Shown here one piece after another: positions 1-14,001 of a DNA stretch of 64,000 bases (within the stretch, counting starts at the first letter, position 1; each line of letters opens with the position of its first letter). A program made the position numbers and the translations under genes. The stretch lies in assembly GCF_006345805.1 (NCBI RefSeq), contig NC_043004.1, forward strand, positions 84,196,001 through 84,260,000, written 5' to 3'. The notes beneath the pieces were generated by a model that was not told where the DNA came from, did no database searches, and saw nothing but the letters and a program-made list of their open reading frames with translations. The DNA is from Octopus sinensis. Its lineage: Eukaryota.

Positions 1-200
1 GAGAAATGCTGAAACATTTATAGATTTGAGTTAAAAGAAATAAAGTCGGATCAGTTAATTATCATATTATTCAACATATTCCCCTCTCAGATTCACACCC
101 ATTTTGCAAGGATCATTAACTTTTCTAAGACCTTTAAATGGACACTAAACTTTGAGCCTCCCTTACAGACGGGAACTACTTTTACAACCAGGAATTTTTC
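1..200 (-). mobile_element. Tc1/mariner 3' fragment (transposase C-terminus and adjacent end)
   Basis: Minus strand reads GLRKVNDPCKMGVNLRGEYVE* (stop at 67-69), like mariner C-termini (G.EKL..R..KC..L.GEYVE*). Cut by the window edge. Confidence 0.6.
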
Positions 201-1035
201 AGCACATATATGTGTGTATGTGTGCGATCGCACGCTCATGTGTGTGTGCGTATGTGTATGTGTATGTGTGTGTGTATTATTGTAACGATCAGACTTGAAA
301 GAAATGATAGCAACTCAATTATTGATAGTACTCGACTCATAGGGAACTATGAGTGACTTAACTAAGTATTCAGATGATCATTTCCATTTGCAGTAGCTCT
401 ACAGGAAAACCTGGATTTTGTAATGCTCTGCATCATATTTATTAAGCAATGGTACTCACACATCAATGGGGTTTTTACTATTTGGATATTATATGTAGAA
501 GAGATGGTCCACTTTAGCCGTCGTAACGATATCTCGTAAGTTCATAGGACAAAATATCATTTGACAAACCATGATCAAAATTCGCGTCATGTCTCTGAAA
601 CAGTATAAAATCTCACATTTTACTAAATTTAAGCTTCAAGTCAAATTATTATATAATAAATCAGATAAGGAACTCACTTCTTGCGCACGTTGTTTACAAG
701 TAAATTATTGAAACGGACATTGTGTTCTACTCATGATGTCATTTTACTAATGAACCCATTCACTCCGGAGTAATTATTAACGTTTAATTGACGCGTCTTT
801 CAGAATGACATTGTACGCAGTCAGTTTCAAAGTTAACTACTGTTGACTAGATGGATTTCGATCGATATCAATGTCATCTTCAACAATACAGTTATTTGAT
901 GCACTTATTAGATCGTTATTAGGAAGAGAGGAAAAGAAGAATCTGGATACAATTTGCGATTTAGCTAAATTGAAACTGTTGATTTAATTGATATACTGTT
1001 GCTTAAAAATATGTGACATTTATTGAAGAATTGGC

Positions 1036-1053
1036 AAATATTAAGAGATATTT

Positions 1054-1125
<72 letters not shown>

Positions 1126-1172
1126 ATGTGTGTGTGTGTGTGTATGTTTGTGTGTCTGCGTTCCTCCACGCG

Positions 1173-1208
<36 letters not shown>
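1036..1208. repeat. Compound (TA)n/(TG)n microsatellite
   Basis: Seen directly; source of the YIYI-type ORFs at 965-1393. Confidence 0.95.
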
Positions 1209-1210
<2 letters not shown>

Positions 1211-1941
1211 TAAAAAGGCAGGCAACAGGTTGCTCTGCCGCATACCGAAAGAATTAGAAATGGCAGTTAGAGACTGTTTATTTCCATTTTCTACAAGTGG
1301 GGGCTCCATATTCGACATATCCCTGCGATTCATATACGCAAAATTGGAGTAGTAAATAAACGAAAATAATCCCTTACCGTTAATGGTGAACATGTTTCTA
1401 GATCGTAGGCGAGAAATTGCCTAAAGTATTTCTTCACCACCGTCTTCGTTAGATTTATCAAATGCCACCAGCCTCCACCTTTGACCAGGCGTCATCAAAT
1501 AGTGGGGGGAAAGTGAGCATAGGTTAAAACTAAGTAGACGATTGAGACCGTAAATTTTCCCTCCAAAATTCTGCCATGCGCACCACCGGGATAGTCGTAA
1601 TGGAGTAAGAAATCCAATTAGTAACATAATAAAGGGGTAAATGTTTTTTTCGATGGTTTTTCAGACAACCAACAATTATTTACCGGTAGATTTCGGTATG
1701 TAAATATGACGTTTAGCGTCGGGAACTTCTGTAGAGTTCAGTATATATAGTATATAAGTAAAAGGGCAGGCAACAGGTTGCTCTGCCGCATACCGAAATA
1801 ATTAGAAATGGCAGTCAGAGACGGTTTATTTCCATTTTCTACAAGTGGGGGTTCAATATACGACATAACCCTGCGATTCACATACGCAAAATCGGAGTAG
1901 TAAACAAACGAAAACAATCCCTTACCGTTAATGGTGAACAT
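1205..1941. repeat. Direct repeat pair of about 189 bp (1205-1393 and 1753-1941) flanking about 360 bp of unique sequence
   Basis: Both copies run TATAAGTAAAA(A/G)GGCAGGCAACAGGTTGCTCTGCCGCATACCG...CCCTTACCGTTAATGGTGAACAT, roughly 90% identical by eye. ORFs 965-1393 and 1738-1941 are homologous. Confidence 0.9.
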
Positions 1942-2022
1942 ATATATATATATGAAATTCAGGGTGAAGACTTGAAAATTGTAAGCACCTGTGTATGCCG
2001 TTTAGTGGTGTAGGTGATAGAG

Positions 2023-2919
2023 TATATTTATCAAAATAAAAACATGATGCAAATGATTTAGCGGTACATATGTTTCTGGCTTTTATTAGACGGTTTGTAT
2101 CAAAGCATAATCGATGTAATTTGTATGTCAATAGCCTTCTACAGCCGCGTACAATTACTAATCCAAGGACATGTATTACAATATAAGTTTAGGAATGCAA
2201 ATCTTCATAGTCGTGTACAACAGAGCAAAATCGAAGCGTGCATCCCGTTTTACACTCGATGTAGAATGAGGAGATTGGATGTTGAGATAGGGAGGGAGGG
2301 AGTTGGGGTTGAATCTTTAATGAGTTAGGGATCCCAAAGGGAGAGAGTAGTAGCTGCAAAATGTAGTAAAAGATTAAAAAATAAAAAAATATAAAACATA
2401 AGAATATAAAAAGTATAAAAAATAAAAAAAATTAAAATAAAAATGGATGAAGAAGTAGGTGCAAAATGTAGTAATGTATATTTCTTCATCCCTTTTTATT
2501 TTCATTTTTATTTATTATTTTTTATCCTTTTTTTATATTCTTATGTTTTATATTTTTAAATTTTTTTTTACTTTTACTACATTTTGCACCTACTACTCTC
2601 CCCCTTTCTGATCCCTAACTTATTAAAGATTCAACCCCCCAACTCCTTCCCTCTCCATCTCAACATCCAATCTCCTCATTCTACATCGAGTCAAAAACGG
2701 GATGGACGCTTCGATTTTGCTCTGTTGTACACGACTATGAAGATTTGCATTCCCAAACTTATATTGTAATACATGTCCTTGGAGTAGTAATTGTACGCAA
2801 CTGAAGAAAGCTATTGACATACAAATTACATCAATTATGCATTGATATAAACCGTCTAATAAAAGCCAGTAACATATGTACCGCTAAATCTATTGCATCA
2901 TGTTTTTATTGATAAATAT

Positions 2920-2920
<1 letters not shown>
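2023..2920. repeat. Large foldback (inverted repeat): arms about 2023-2456 and 2479-2920, spacer about 20 bp
   Basis: Arms are reverse complements over about 430 bp. ORFs 2095-2328(+) and 2623-2820(-) encode near-identical peptides. Right end runs into (TA)n. Confidence 0.95.
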
Positions 2921-2988
<68 letters not shown>

Positions 2989-3946
2989 TGTCGCATATTT
3001 CAAACTCAACATAGATAGAAGCAGGCATATGGTAATGTAAATCTAGTCGCGACCAACCATTAATTTATGTATAGTGATTTATTTTATTAATGAGTTAAAT
3101 TGAAAGCATATGCTAGACATAATATTTACTAACTGTAAAAAAAAAAAACTTTTTTAATCTTATCAATTAGCACATATATCAAGAATCTATAAGATATATT
3201 AAAAAGTAATGGAAGGGAGGTAATCAAGATGAACCAAATAATTTCACTAGATATATAAAATTTCTGCAATCCCATATAGGAGAGTATAAAAAATTATAAT
3301 TTCACTGTATTCAAATTCGTTTGTTGAAATAATAAATTTGAATAAAGTGAAATTTGAATAATCTTTCTACACTTATTAGCGCATTTCGGCAAACGCAGGC
3401 TTTAACACTCAGAATACGTACTGAAGTCATTTTCAAGTAGGTGCTTCTAATAACTGAAATAAGAGTTTGAAATATGCGACAGAATGAAACGAATTAAAGG
3501 AAATAATAGAATAAAGCACTTAAGAATGTGTAGAAACATGATACAGCTATTGAATTGATATAAATCTATAAATTTTAGTCCAAATATATTTTATGGGGAC
3601 ATATAAGGACTAGCACTCCCTTAACAAACCTACACTCTACAGATGATTTCCGCGTTAATTAATGTGATCAAAGTGAAAAATGCAAATCTATTGTGAAACT
3701 TAGTTCAAGTATCGCATAATGGCATCAGGGTTTGTACAAATCTGAAGTGTACAAGATGAAAATGAACCATTCAAACATAAACGTATTTAAAAACACAATG
3801 AATTCTTTCTCCTATCCTTTTGAAAGATTAATTAAATTTGCATAATGTCTTCATAATGGTACTAGATCTCTCCTCTCATCTACCCATCCACCCTTCTATC
3901 TATCTAACTATCTGTCTGTCTATCTGGCTGTGTGCCACTCTTTCTT

Positions 3947-3979
<33 letters not shown>

Positions 3980-4126
3980 GTCTGTCAATCTATCTATCTA
4001 TCCATCTATCTATCTATCGATCTATCTATCTATCTATCCATCAAAGTAACTAAATACATAATTATTTATCTCCTTCTGACTCTGTATATATGTGTATATA
4101 TACATATGTATATGTATATATATATG

Positions 4127-4162
<36 letters not shown>

Positions 4163-5949
4163 TGTATATGTATGTATGTATGTATACGTATATATATATT
4201 AATATATATAGGTAAATTGTGCAATGCCCGAAATATTTTAATGAATGTAATTTGCAATAGTTTGCCATAATTTTTCGTAATTATTATTTTTTATGTTTGT
4301 TTTAGAGAAATGTAAATTATACTTTTGTTTTTAATGTATTTAATGTAGACTTAAAAGAAGAACCATTATAATAAATATTTTTAATTATTGTCAAAATACA
4401 CATAAATATTACCTTCATTATAGGCATTATGGTAAACATTGCTGTCATCACCAAACACGTAATTGTCAACAATGTTATTATAAACGTTAATGTTAACAGG
4501 CCAATTATCGAAGTCTATAAACAGTCAATACAACCGAAAAGTATTTCAAAAGATGTGAGGAGGAAACTTTGAATAATTTCCGTGATCATTATTATTATCA
4601 GTTTATTGATTATATTAGTCATGATAATTATCCTCTTTAACATTATCATCATCATCATCATCGCCATCTACCTAATCTTTATCATCCATATATTCAACCT
4701 TGTTCTTCTTCACATCCTCATTATCTTCATCTTTATTGTGACTAAAACCATGATGATCACTTTTACTGTCATATTTAACATTCCGAAATCCCTTCTTTTG
4801 GTACGTCTCCAGCAGCAACGTTCACAAAAACCTAACACAGGCATGGACCCACAATCGTTTGATCATTTACCTGTCCGCGCACTTGACGTGTTAGAAATAT
4901 CAGATAAATATTACTCATATCATATCATACAGCCCAAAATTAAATGATGCCCCTTCTCGTAAAGTGTGCTTAATTACACACCATCAGGTAATTGATGAGA
5001 TGATCAATACATAGTCAGAGGTTACCCTATTAAATATGCGAACTAGAGCTAAACATCATCAGAATTAATACCAACTAATAAAATGAAGATCAACATTATT
5101 ATCATACTCATCATTTTTTAAGGCGCACTCACAGTAATTAGTGGCATTACAATCATAATCATAATCGCCTCGGTTATTATTTTCTGAACTCTTAAGAATC
5201 ATTCTCTAAATACATAAGAACCCTGTAAGTCTGTCAACTATTTTTTACGCAGTGAAGCGCTGGAGGTGAGTAGCAACAATTACAACAGCATACATAGCAA
5301 TGATCTAAAGATATTGATCACCAAAATATAATTAACCTTTCGAGACGGTCGACACCATTATATTATTATTTGCATAAGCGGCCCATTGTAGTTATGGTGA
5401 CATAATATAATCTTTTCTTTTATTGGCCACAGGGCCAAAATTATTTCAATAGTAATGATTTTACCACATCCGTGTTTCGTTTTCTTTGTAGTGTAGATAC
5501 ATCAAAATATCATCTTGTTTTTAACCATACTTGAATACGCTCCCCATGATTGCATCCATCAGACAACGCTCAGTTTGAATAGCACTGTTTCTAGAGACAC
5601 TTCTTTGTATTAACTTGTTAATATTTCTTTGGGATTGCTAGTGACGACCAAGCGGTGTTGTCCAAAATATATAAAGACATATACTACTGCCATGTACGAC
5701 ATAGATAGTAAATATTACTTAGAGGTTCAAGAATGTAACCATAATATATATGGTAGAATCACGTATCACTTCTATGGGTACCAGAATTTTTTTATCTTCT
5801 TTCTTATCACAAGATTGATGTTTCCACTACACACGAAATGCATCCAGTAATCAACAGTCATACAAGTCGTTTCCTTTTTTTTAAATTCTAGTTCACACAC
5901 GTTTGAAATTATCATTTAGCAAATGAAATTTAGTATTTTTATTCTGTAT

Positions 5950-7400
5950 TTATTCGATCACCAGTCATCTGCTATGTACACCAGATAGCCATCTACCTTG
6001 CATAGCCAGCATCAGCTGTAGTTTTCTTAATTTTAGTCTATTACTGAAACATTTATCCTAGATACACCTGAACTAGATACAGGACCGTACACACGACATC
6101 CATTATAGCAAGTGTTCATCTCACATCGGCTAAATCAAGACAAACTTAAGCCCATCACACAATCTTATTTTGTGAGCATGTGGTATATATTATTACCAAA
6201 TGTGTATGTATGGAAGAAATTATTTAAACCAAGAAACACCGAAAGAGCTCAGGTAGGATGCTAAAATCGCTCTCTTCAGTGTTCAGTATTACAGTAGCTT
6301 GTTCTTCTGTCTTCATTTCAATAGGTCGGATAGTTCATGTTAGATTCAACATGTGTTAAGCATTCTCATCGGAATACGCAACACTCGAAAATTGTTGATA
6401 ATTTGTTGTTGACTGATTGAGAAGATATAAATCATACAAGGCAACCAGAGCCAGATGTTAGACCAGTTTATATATATATTCATTTCATACTCAGTGCAAA
6501 CAACGGAATTAAAACATCTGATTATCAGTTTACAAGGGAACAATATATGCAAAATTTATCACACATAAATTATGACTGTTAAATTATGTTTACAACAAAG
6601 TCTGAAATATGAGACAAGTCTTATTATAGCAACGCATATTGGCTTCCTGTGACAGCTCCAGTCATTGGTCCATTGTGTCACTTCTAAAATAATGTGTGTG
6701 GTTATAATACACATAAATTCCCCAATTTCATATTAATTTTCGTTCCTCGGCTCATCTTTTATATACTTGTTTCGTCACATCAGAGAGCGTGTCGTTCAGG
6801 ACTTTGAGATTTCTATTCGATAACTCATCATACAAAGGAGATAAATTATTTTCAACTCAAGAGATTTCTTGGAAAACAATACAGCTAATGGTGACAATGC
6901 AAGATAGAAAGACCTTTCTATGGAAATGTTATACCGTTCATTTACAGCATATCCCTCTCAAATAACTTGTAGTCAGCTGCGTAATCATTATTTCCTATTT
7001 ACATCTGTTTCATGCCAATTAAACAGTTCATCCTGCTCATAACAAAAATGTTTAACAAACTTTGTTTCACACTCGTCCAGGGTTATTTGACAGTATCTAC
7101 GTTTAGTATCTTCATCATACCCTTTTCCAATACGCTCTCCACAATATTTTCAACCATGTATCGAATTACAGACGCAGTATCTGATCTAGAAATAATTCTA
7201 TATCACTAATTTAGAAAGATCTCCGAAAGCCACCAGTGATGTCTCATATTTTTTTATTATATCATGCGATTTCATATAAATGACGTTGTAAATATAATCA
7301 AAGCACTTTTCTATTTTTGATAGAGAATTGCATACAGAATCTATGGATGGGTACACATAAGTATATACTTCCAAACTGAAGGATTCCTTCAAATGTAGAA
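5950..7400 (-). pseudogene. Possible decayed, unidentified coding sequence
   Basis: Protein-like stop-interrupted stretches on the minus strand, e.g. ERIGKGYDEDTKRRYCQITLDECETKFVKHFCYEQDELFNWHETDVNRK and PLYDELSNRNLKVLNDTLSDVTKQVYKR. No family motif recognised. Confidence 0.25.
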
Positions 7401-9759
7401 ATATAAATACATACTTTCAGGAAATTATATAGTAGGCGAATGATGGGTGACAAGAAAAATTAAAGTTAAAACTTATAAAGGAACACAATGTATGCTTGTA
7501 AATGTTGTGCTGTGTTTTGAGTATGTATTTGTGAGAGAGAATAATTCATTCCGTTTAAGTTTAAATAGTTTTGAATGGCCATGCATAAAAGAAATGTTGC
7601 AAAGAGTAAAAAGAAACCAGTTATTTGAAAAGATATTTCTATACAGAAAATTATTTCATTCAATGAATATTTCCTACTTGGTCTATATCTCAAAGACGCA
7701 GAAAAATTACTGTTATGTTGAATGGTTGTAAAGATAGGGAATCCTAGTTCAGGCAACTACTTATCTCTGAGATTGAAATATAATTACGTGCATTTCTGCA
7801 AGAAATATATATAGCAATAAATATATTGTTCAAAACTCTGAAACTATTTTAGAAAATTGCAGGTATTTTTGACTAAATTTTAAGGCATAGGAACGGAAAG
7901 CAGCGTAATAGATTACTGCTGCTTCGTTGCATTATCTTAATAAGAGGGAAACAATATGAATTCTAAAGACGTTCGTTTCCCTACTGTGCAGTTCTAAATT
8001 GCGGTTGGACAATAACATTCAACGAATTCAACGTAGAGTATACTCTGTTGGTATTATTTAGTCTTAGCTCATTTCTGAGCAAAGAGATCTATGATGAAAT
8101 GCATTCTAATCATGTTCTGTAATCAGGACATCTCCTTCTCTCTACGTTACTCATTATCGGCATCATTGAAAATCATTGGGTTGGCAGGTAAGCTATTTTC
8201 TTTCTACATAAATCACGAGATCAGCCGATATATATACAGGTTAATTTGCACTCCCTGCAAAACCTTGCATTTCATTCGTTTCTACAATTACCAGAAGCCG
8301 TATGAAGGCTGAGATTAAGGAGCGTATCGAAGACAATAATAGATTCTAACAGGTTTTGGTTATAGAAAATAACGTAATTTAGTTGTTTCATTTTAAGAAT
8401 TAAAATGCTAGAGTTAGACTTTTAAACCGGAAACACATATTCTAATAAACATAATGCTTCTCAATAATTTTACAAGATGTTTTTCTTTCCAAAATATTTC
8501 CTTCTTTATTATAAAAGCTACAAATTAGGACTGCACGCCAGTAGTTGATGTTTTGATTGAAAACGGAGACTATCAAATGTGTTTTGTCATTCTATTTAAT
8601 CAAGTTTCAAAATAATGTGAAGTCGAAATATTTTTTAGTATTTTAAAAAATTTATGCAAATGTTTGTGTAATTTTTATATTACATGATTTTACTAATGGA
8701 AAACCCAGGACTCCAATTAAACCGGAAAATATCATTGCCCGACTTTCAACTCCATTGTCATAGAACTGTTATTATTATAAGCTTGAAACTAGGAAAACTT
8801 TTTTCTAAAAAAACATATAATATATTACAAAACAAATATGTCTAATAAATGTAGTACACTTTTAATATAATCATGACGCTGTTTTATGATGCTTTCAATC
8901 ATGGCAGGTAATCATATCATAATATGACTGGCTTCCAGTGTTTAGGTAAAAAAAAAGATATGTACTAAGCTTCGGGACATGTTTAAATATTTGAGATTCG
9001 AAGATCATATCAACAATGTAGATTTGAACAAGTAAATATTAATGACATGTCTTCAACAGCACAGACCTCGTGTTGTATCTCTTTTATTTTAAATTTCAAG
9101 ACAAATGAGCATGCAGAGAATTTGTAGCAAAAGCAATTAAATTACACACTGATATGCCAACATTATATGCATCCGCATATGAAGATCAAATTTTGGAGGG
9201 ATTATATTTTCGTTAATTTAGACGAGGAAATCTATATTATGCGTATGTTATAGACGTAAGTAAGAAGTCATGATACATTTAAGTATGATACACTGAAACA
9301 ATGTGCTTACTCTCTACAATTTTGACACCTAAACATGATTGATACTAATCAATTATTTAGCTATCTTTATATCATTTATTAAGGCGCTAAAGTCTATTGA
9401 AACTGAATGTTATCAAATTGCAACAGAACAGAAGAACACAACCTGCTTGCAAAAACAATAAACAATAGAAAACTAATACATCAAAACATTCAAACAAAAC
9501 CCCATAACAAAACATATTTATACAATGCAATATTCACCTTCCCCCAACAAATTCTACCACACACACGACCAGCACAAAATGTGCAACAAATGATGCAACA
9601 GAATGTTGCTTGAGAGTATCAGATGTCGAAAAATAATAATGTTGATGATGTTGCTGACGAACGTAACCTTATCTAAGTTTATATGAGATAGGAATTTCCA
9701 AAAACTCTGGTTGTACCAGTGAAAATGAAGCTCCACATTTAAATAAAGGCCGCTCGCTC

Positions 9760-10030
9760 GGTAGGGGTTCAGTAAAGATGTAAACCGACCACAACTGTCA
9801 TCCTAATACAGAAACAGTAGATATTAAGGTTCGGAGGAGGAAGTGGACCAGCGAAGGAAACAGGTTAGTGATGATGTGATACTTAGAAAGTGGACCTAAA
9901 ATAAGACGGTTGTTAACAAGGTAGAGAAGGGTATGTTTAAAGTGACTGAGTGGAGATTTGTGAGATCACAATAGAAAGGGAAAAAACACTCGGCAGTAGA
10001 AAAGAGAAACAACAACATAAGAGACACATC
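9760..10030 (+). mobile_element. R4/Dong-like non-LTR retrotransposon, N-terminal ORF remnant
   Basis: KVRRRKWTSEGNRLVMM*YLESGPK...EKGMFKVTE resembles the RRKWT..EN..VM.CY...W.EKGMF.VTEQRL N-terminal block of R4-clade elements; stops and frameshifts present. Confidence 0.55.
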
Positions 10031-10084
10031 AGAAACCAAAGAAGAACCTAAAGGATAAAATGATAATAGCGCTACCAATAAGGA

Positions 10085-10230
10085 AGGCACAACTTGTACC
10101 AGCGAGTTAGATGTATTAAGTGGTCGATGATTCTATCGTCAAGCAAGGAGGAAAGTAAAATTGACGGCTTCGAGATTTGAACTCAAATATTAAACGGCAA
10201 AAATACATAACTAAGTTATATTCCTGTACG
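10085..10230 (-). mobile_element. Degenerate tRNA-derived SINE (same family as 14001-14340)
   Basis: Minus strand has a B-box-like GAGTTCAAATC followed by a degenerate version of the 14.1-14.3 kb body. Confidence 0.45.
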
Positions 10231-10327
10231 CGTAATATACATACACGTATGTTTGTATGTTCTTTATGTATGGATGTATACACACACACACACACGCACA
10301 CACACAGACACACACACACACACACAC

Positions 10328-10370
<43 letters not shown>

Positions 10371-11319
10371 GAATAGCTACATGGAGACTGTACATACTTA
10401 TATCTCTATATACATCAAGACATTTATTTCTAATAGTACATATGATTATATTGTTATTTATATGCATACAAACACATATATACAGAAAAATACTCTCACA
10501 CATCCACGCATCGGGAAAAATGAACATACATATACATGTCTTTGCATGTGAATATGTCTGCGTGTGTATGAGGGTGCTTTAGCGAAAGTGTTCATATTTA
10601 TTAAACACTATCTTTAGAAAAAAAAGCGTCATGAATTAACAAAAAAGCTGTAAGAAGCCTTTTCAGTTGCCTGTACATTAAGAGAAATGATTATGAGCTG
10701 TGAGGCTGCAAAAAATGATGTCAAGTATGGCAAGTCCTACATTTGGAGATCACACAAGTGAAGCAAAAAGAAATTTATGCGAATTAAACAAAAATTGTAA
10801 GCGAATGATACCGTACATATGCAAACGTACTCAGTTGGAAATATGTCATTATTGATACTACATACATATAATATGTCTAGAAGCAGTAAAAAACTTTATG
10901 AATTTGCACGTAATATAAATATATATAAATATGTGTGTGATATACTCGTAAATACGCATACCTATATTCTTGTATCTGAGTGTGTATAAATATGTATTCA
11001 CACACACAGACATGTGTGCGTGTATATAATATATACACACATACACAAACCCTCACACATGTATATAGCATAAGCACTGATTGTCATATTCGTGCATAAG
11101 GCTAGTTTTTGTAGCGATATTCTGTCATGAAACTATTATAAATCAACATAATATCGTTGAAGAAAATAATTTGTGAGCACGTCGGTTTCCTACTCTGCGA
11201 ACATGATCTAGTATATGGTATACGAATGTAATTACGTACCATAGCTTTCATACATATTTATACGATGATTCCGTGGTAAACATTGCAAGTAGAAACATTC
11301 CATTGTTTTATTATTATTA

Positions 11320-11367
<48 letters not shown>

Positions 11368-11478
11368 GTGTTGTGGAAACAAAAACTAATGAGATTGTTA
11401 AAATTTGTGAACAACACAGACATTCATTCAGACACACACATCTCTCCCTCGCTTTCTCTCTCTATGTATATATATATG

Positions 11479-11541
<63 letters not shown>

Positions 11542-11793
11542 ATATAGATATATATATATATATATATATATTTGTTTTGCAAGATTTTTTTTTATGTGAA
11601 ATTGTGTGTTGAAACATATATCGTTGTATTTAGGAATGGTCATTTTGCTAGGAGTGTGACAAAAGAACTCTGACCGAAATAGTATTAAGATTAATGTCAA
11701 AAATAAATAACGCTGTAGCAAAGTAACACCAAATATATAGTGCGTGTGTTTTTACTGGCTAAACTAACAAAATGATCATTTGTAATTACAACA

Positions 11794-11826
<33 letters not shown>

Positions 11827-11827
11827 A

Positions 11828-11893
<66 letters not shown>

Positions 11894-12344
11894 TTATATA
11901 TGTGTGTGTGTATGTGCATATGAATACATATATATACATACTTACATATATATGTATATAATATTACATATATGGGTACAGGACATCATAAAACGTAAAC
12001 AACATGAAATGCGAATAACGAAAATATGGAATACGGACATTTATTAGAAGAACGAAAGAAACAAATGGCAAAGAAGACAAGTAACATAAAGAATGATCAT
12101 TCATCAGTTGTCGGCTGTTTCACCTACTCTACATTTCGAGTAATTACGACAAGATGTGTCTTAGAGAAAACAGTTGCTCCTGCAAAATCAAAATCAAAAA
12201 TGGGATTAGCGGAGTGTCAATGTTGGTAACAAAAACAGGACGGTGAAAACAAACAACAGGGGCTGCTAAGCCATAGGGAGGTGAGGTGGCGAACGCTGTA
12301 GGAACAAGCTTGTTCCTCCCTCCAGCGTTTGCCACCTTAATTTT

Positions 12345-12570
12345 TCTTTGCCCAGCGAGACCACTCAGCTAGCAAAAATGAGTAATGCTCGTATTTTAAA
12401 AGAAAAACCTTGTTACACTCCGTGCCACACTCAGTTTTCCTGAGAACCATGTGAAGTGTACACGTGTCTATGCAGTGCTCATGCACTTGCACTTGAATTT
12501 CACGATCAAACTGTTCAGTTCATCGAACCAACTTGATCCAAAGTCGTCGTAACCGACAGGGTGCCAGTAA
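12345..12570 (+). mobile_element. SINE body/tail fragment homologous to 45520-45700
   Basis: CCTTGTTACACTCCGTGCCACACTCAGTTTTCCTGAGAAC...CACTTGCACTTGAATTTCACGA aligns with CCTTGTCACAATCTGTGTCATACTGATTCTCCCTGAGAAC...CACTTGCACGTCAATTGCATGA. Confidence 0.6.
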
Positions 12571-13645
12571 TATAATGTAAATGTCTACATATATTTAGAT
12601 AGTGTCTCATTGTGGAGTAACATCGGAAACAACGGTTTCATGTAGAATAGGTCTCTATAATTTTCATATTGTTCCCTTAAGTATGTTGGTGATCATTTTT
12701 CTATCGAAAACAGAATGAGTGCTTTTAAGTTTCTGTTATACATCATACTTTTAAACGTTTCTTTTGGGCATAATGATGCTATATTTTGTCATAATTCTAC
12801 TTGTTCCTCTCCTACTCTGTCGGAAACCTTGCTTTTGAAGATAACGAAGAAAGAGAATATGTGAGAATAATGTTTCAATTATTTCCCTCTGTTAGAGTAA
12901 CAGCTCAGACGCTGATTAATAATGTTTCTTTCATGCTTCTTTCTTCAACCTCTGTTTCACAAAATATAAATTTAGTGTTCGTTTCATTCGAGCACGTAAA
13001 TCGTATGGTAAAACTTCATGTAGATGGCTAATTAAGCAAACCACACGGTTGTTTTGACACGTTTTAGTGTAACACTATTTGGCAGTATATAACAATCGAT
13101 TGTACCCATTTAATGATCCGTGTGTCACTACATAAAAAAAAAGAGAAACGGGTTACAAATATTCGTATGTCAATAAACACAATCCTGGTATTATAACGCT
13201 ACGAATGAACGTCGTGTTATTATTCTTGTCAGTATCTGCTGATGTATTGTACTTGCTATAATTATTTCTAATTGTTTTGCAAATTCTAATAATCTTACTC
13301 TTTCATGCTAGATTACTCCAAGACATACTTACCAATACATTGTTTCTAAGTAGAAGAATAGGAGCAGTGTTTCATCCAATTTTGCATTCCAATCACTTTC
13401 TCTTATACTAAGTGCGTCTGATTTTATTTTGCTCTTCAATCGTTTTCTTGATATTATAAAAGAATTCTTTCAAATCATTAAATTGAATGCTAAAATTAAT
13501 ATATTTAGATGTATGTACGTGGATATGTATCCGTGCAAATATATGTGTGTGTATATGTACGTACGGTTACACACACATGCGCCCGCTTAAATACGTTCAG
13601 TATCGTTCCCTCTCGTCGCGTCTATCTGTACTGTTACTAGAACAA

Positions 13646-13750
13646 CTAACTTGGGACTGAGATTTTGGTAATCCCAAATTCCATACCGATGTCCCTACCA
13701 CACTTCTGGACTGTTTTCCCAAGCGATTTCAGGTCATCCACAAACAGATT
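13646..13750 (-). mobile_element. R4/Dong-like RT fragment (YADD-equivalent region)
   Basis: NLFVDDLKSLGKTVQKCGRDIGMEFGITK matches LLFMDDLK...FS.DIGMEFG..KC of R4-clade RTs; abuts a (GAA)n tract. Confidence 0.65.
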
Positions 13751-13948
13751 CTTCTTCTTCTTCTTCTTCTTCTTCTTCTTCTTCTTCTTCTTCTTCTTCT
13801 TCTTCTTCTTCTTCTTCTTCGTCTTCTTCTTCTTCTTCTTCGTCTTCTTCTTCTTCTTCTTCTTCTTCTTCTTCTTCTTCTTCTTCGTCTTGTTCTTCTT
13901 CTTCTTCTTCTCCTTCTTCATCTTCTTCTTCTTCTTCTTCTTCTTCTA

Positions 13949-14000
<52 letters not shown>
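13750..14000. repeat. Compound (CTT)n(ATT)n microsatellite
   Basis: Seen directly; source of the poly-K and poly-F ORFs. Confidence 0.97.

Positions 14001-14001
<1 letters not shown>

Noticed and set aside
340-430. Possible CR1-like RT remnant (TKYSDD...LQENLD)
   Set aside because: Too short and degenerate to call.
3298-3354. 20-bp AT-rich hairpin
   Set aside because: Short and AT-rich; expected by chance and nothing suggests a miRNA.
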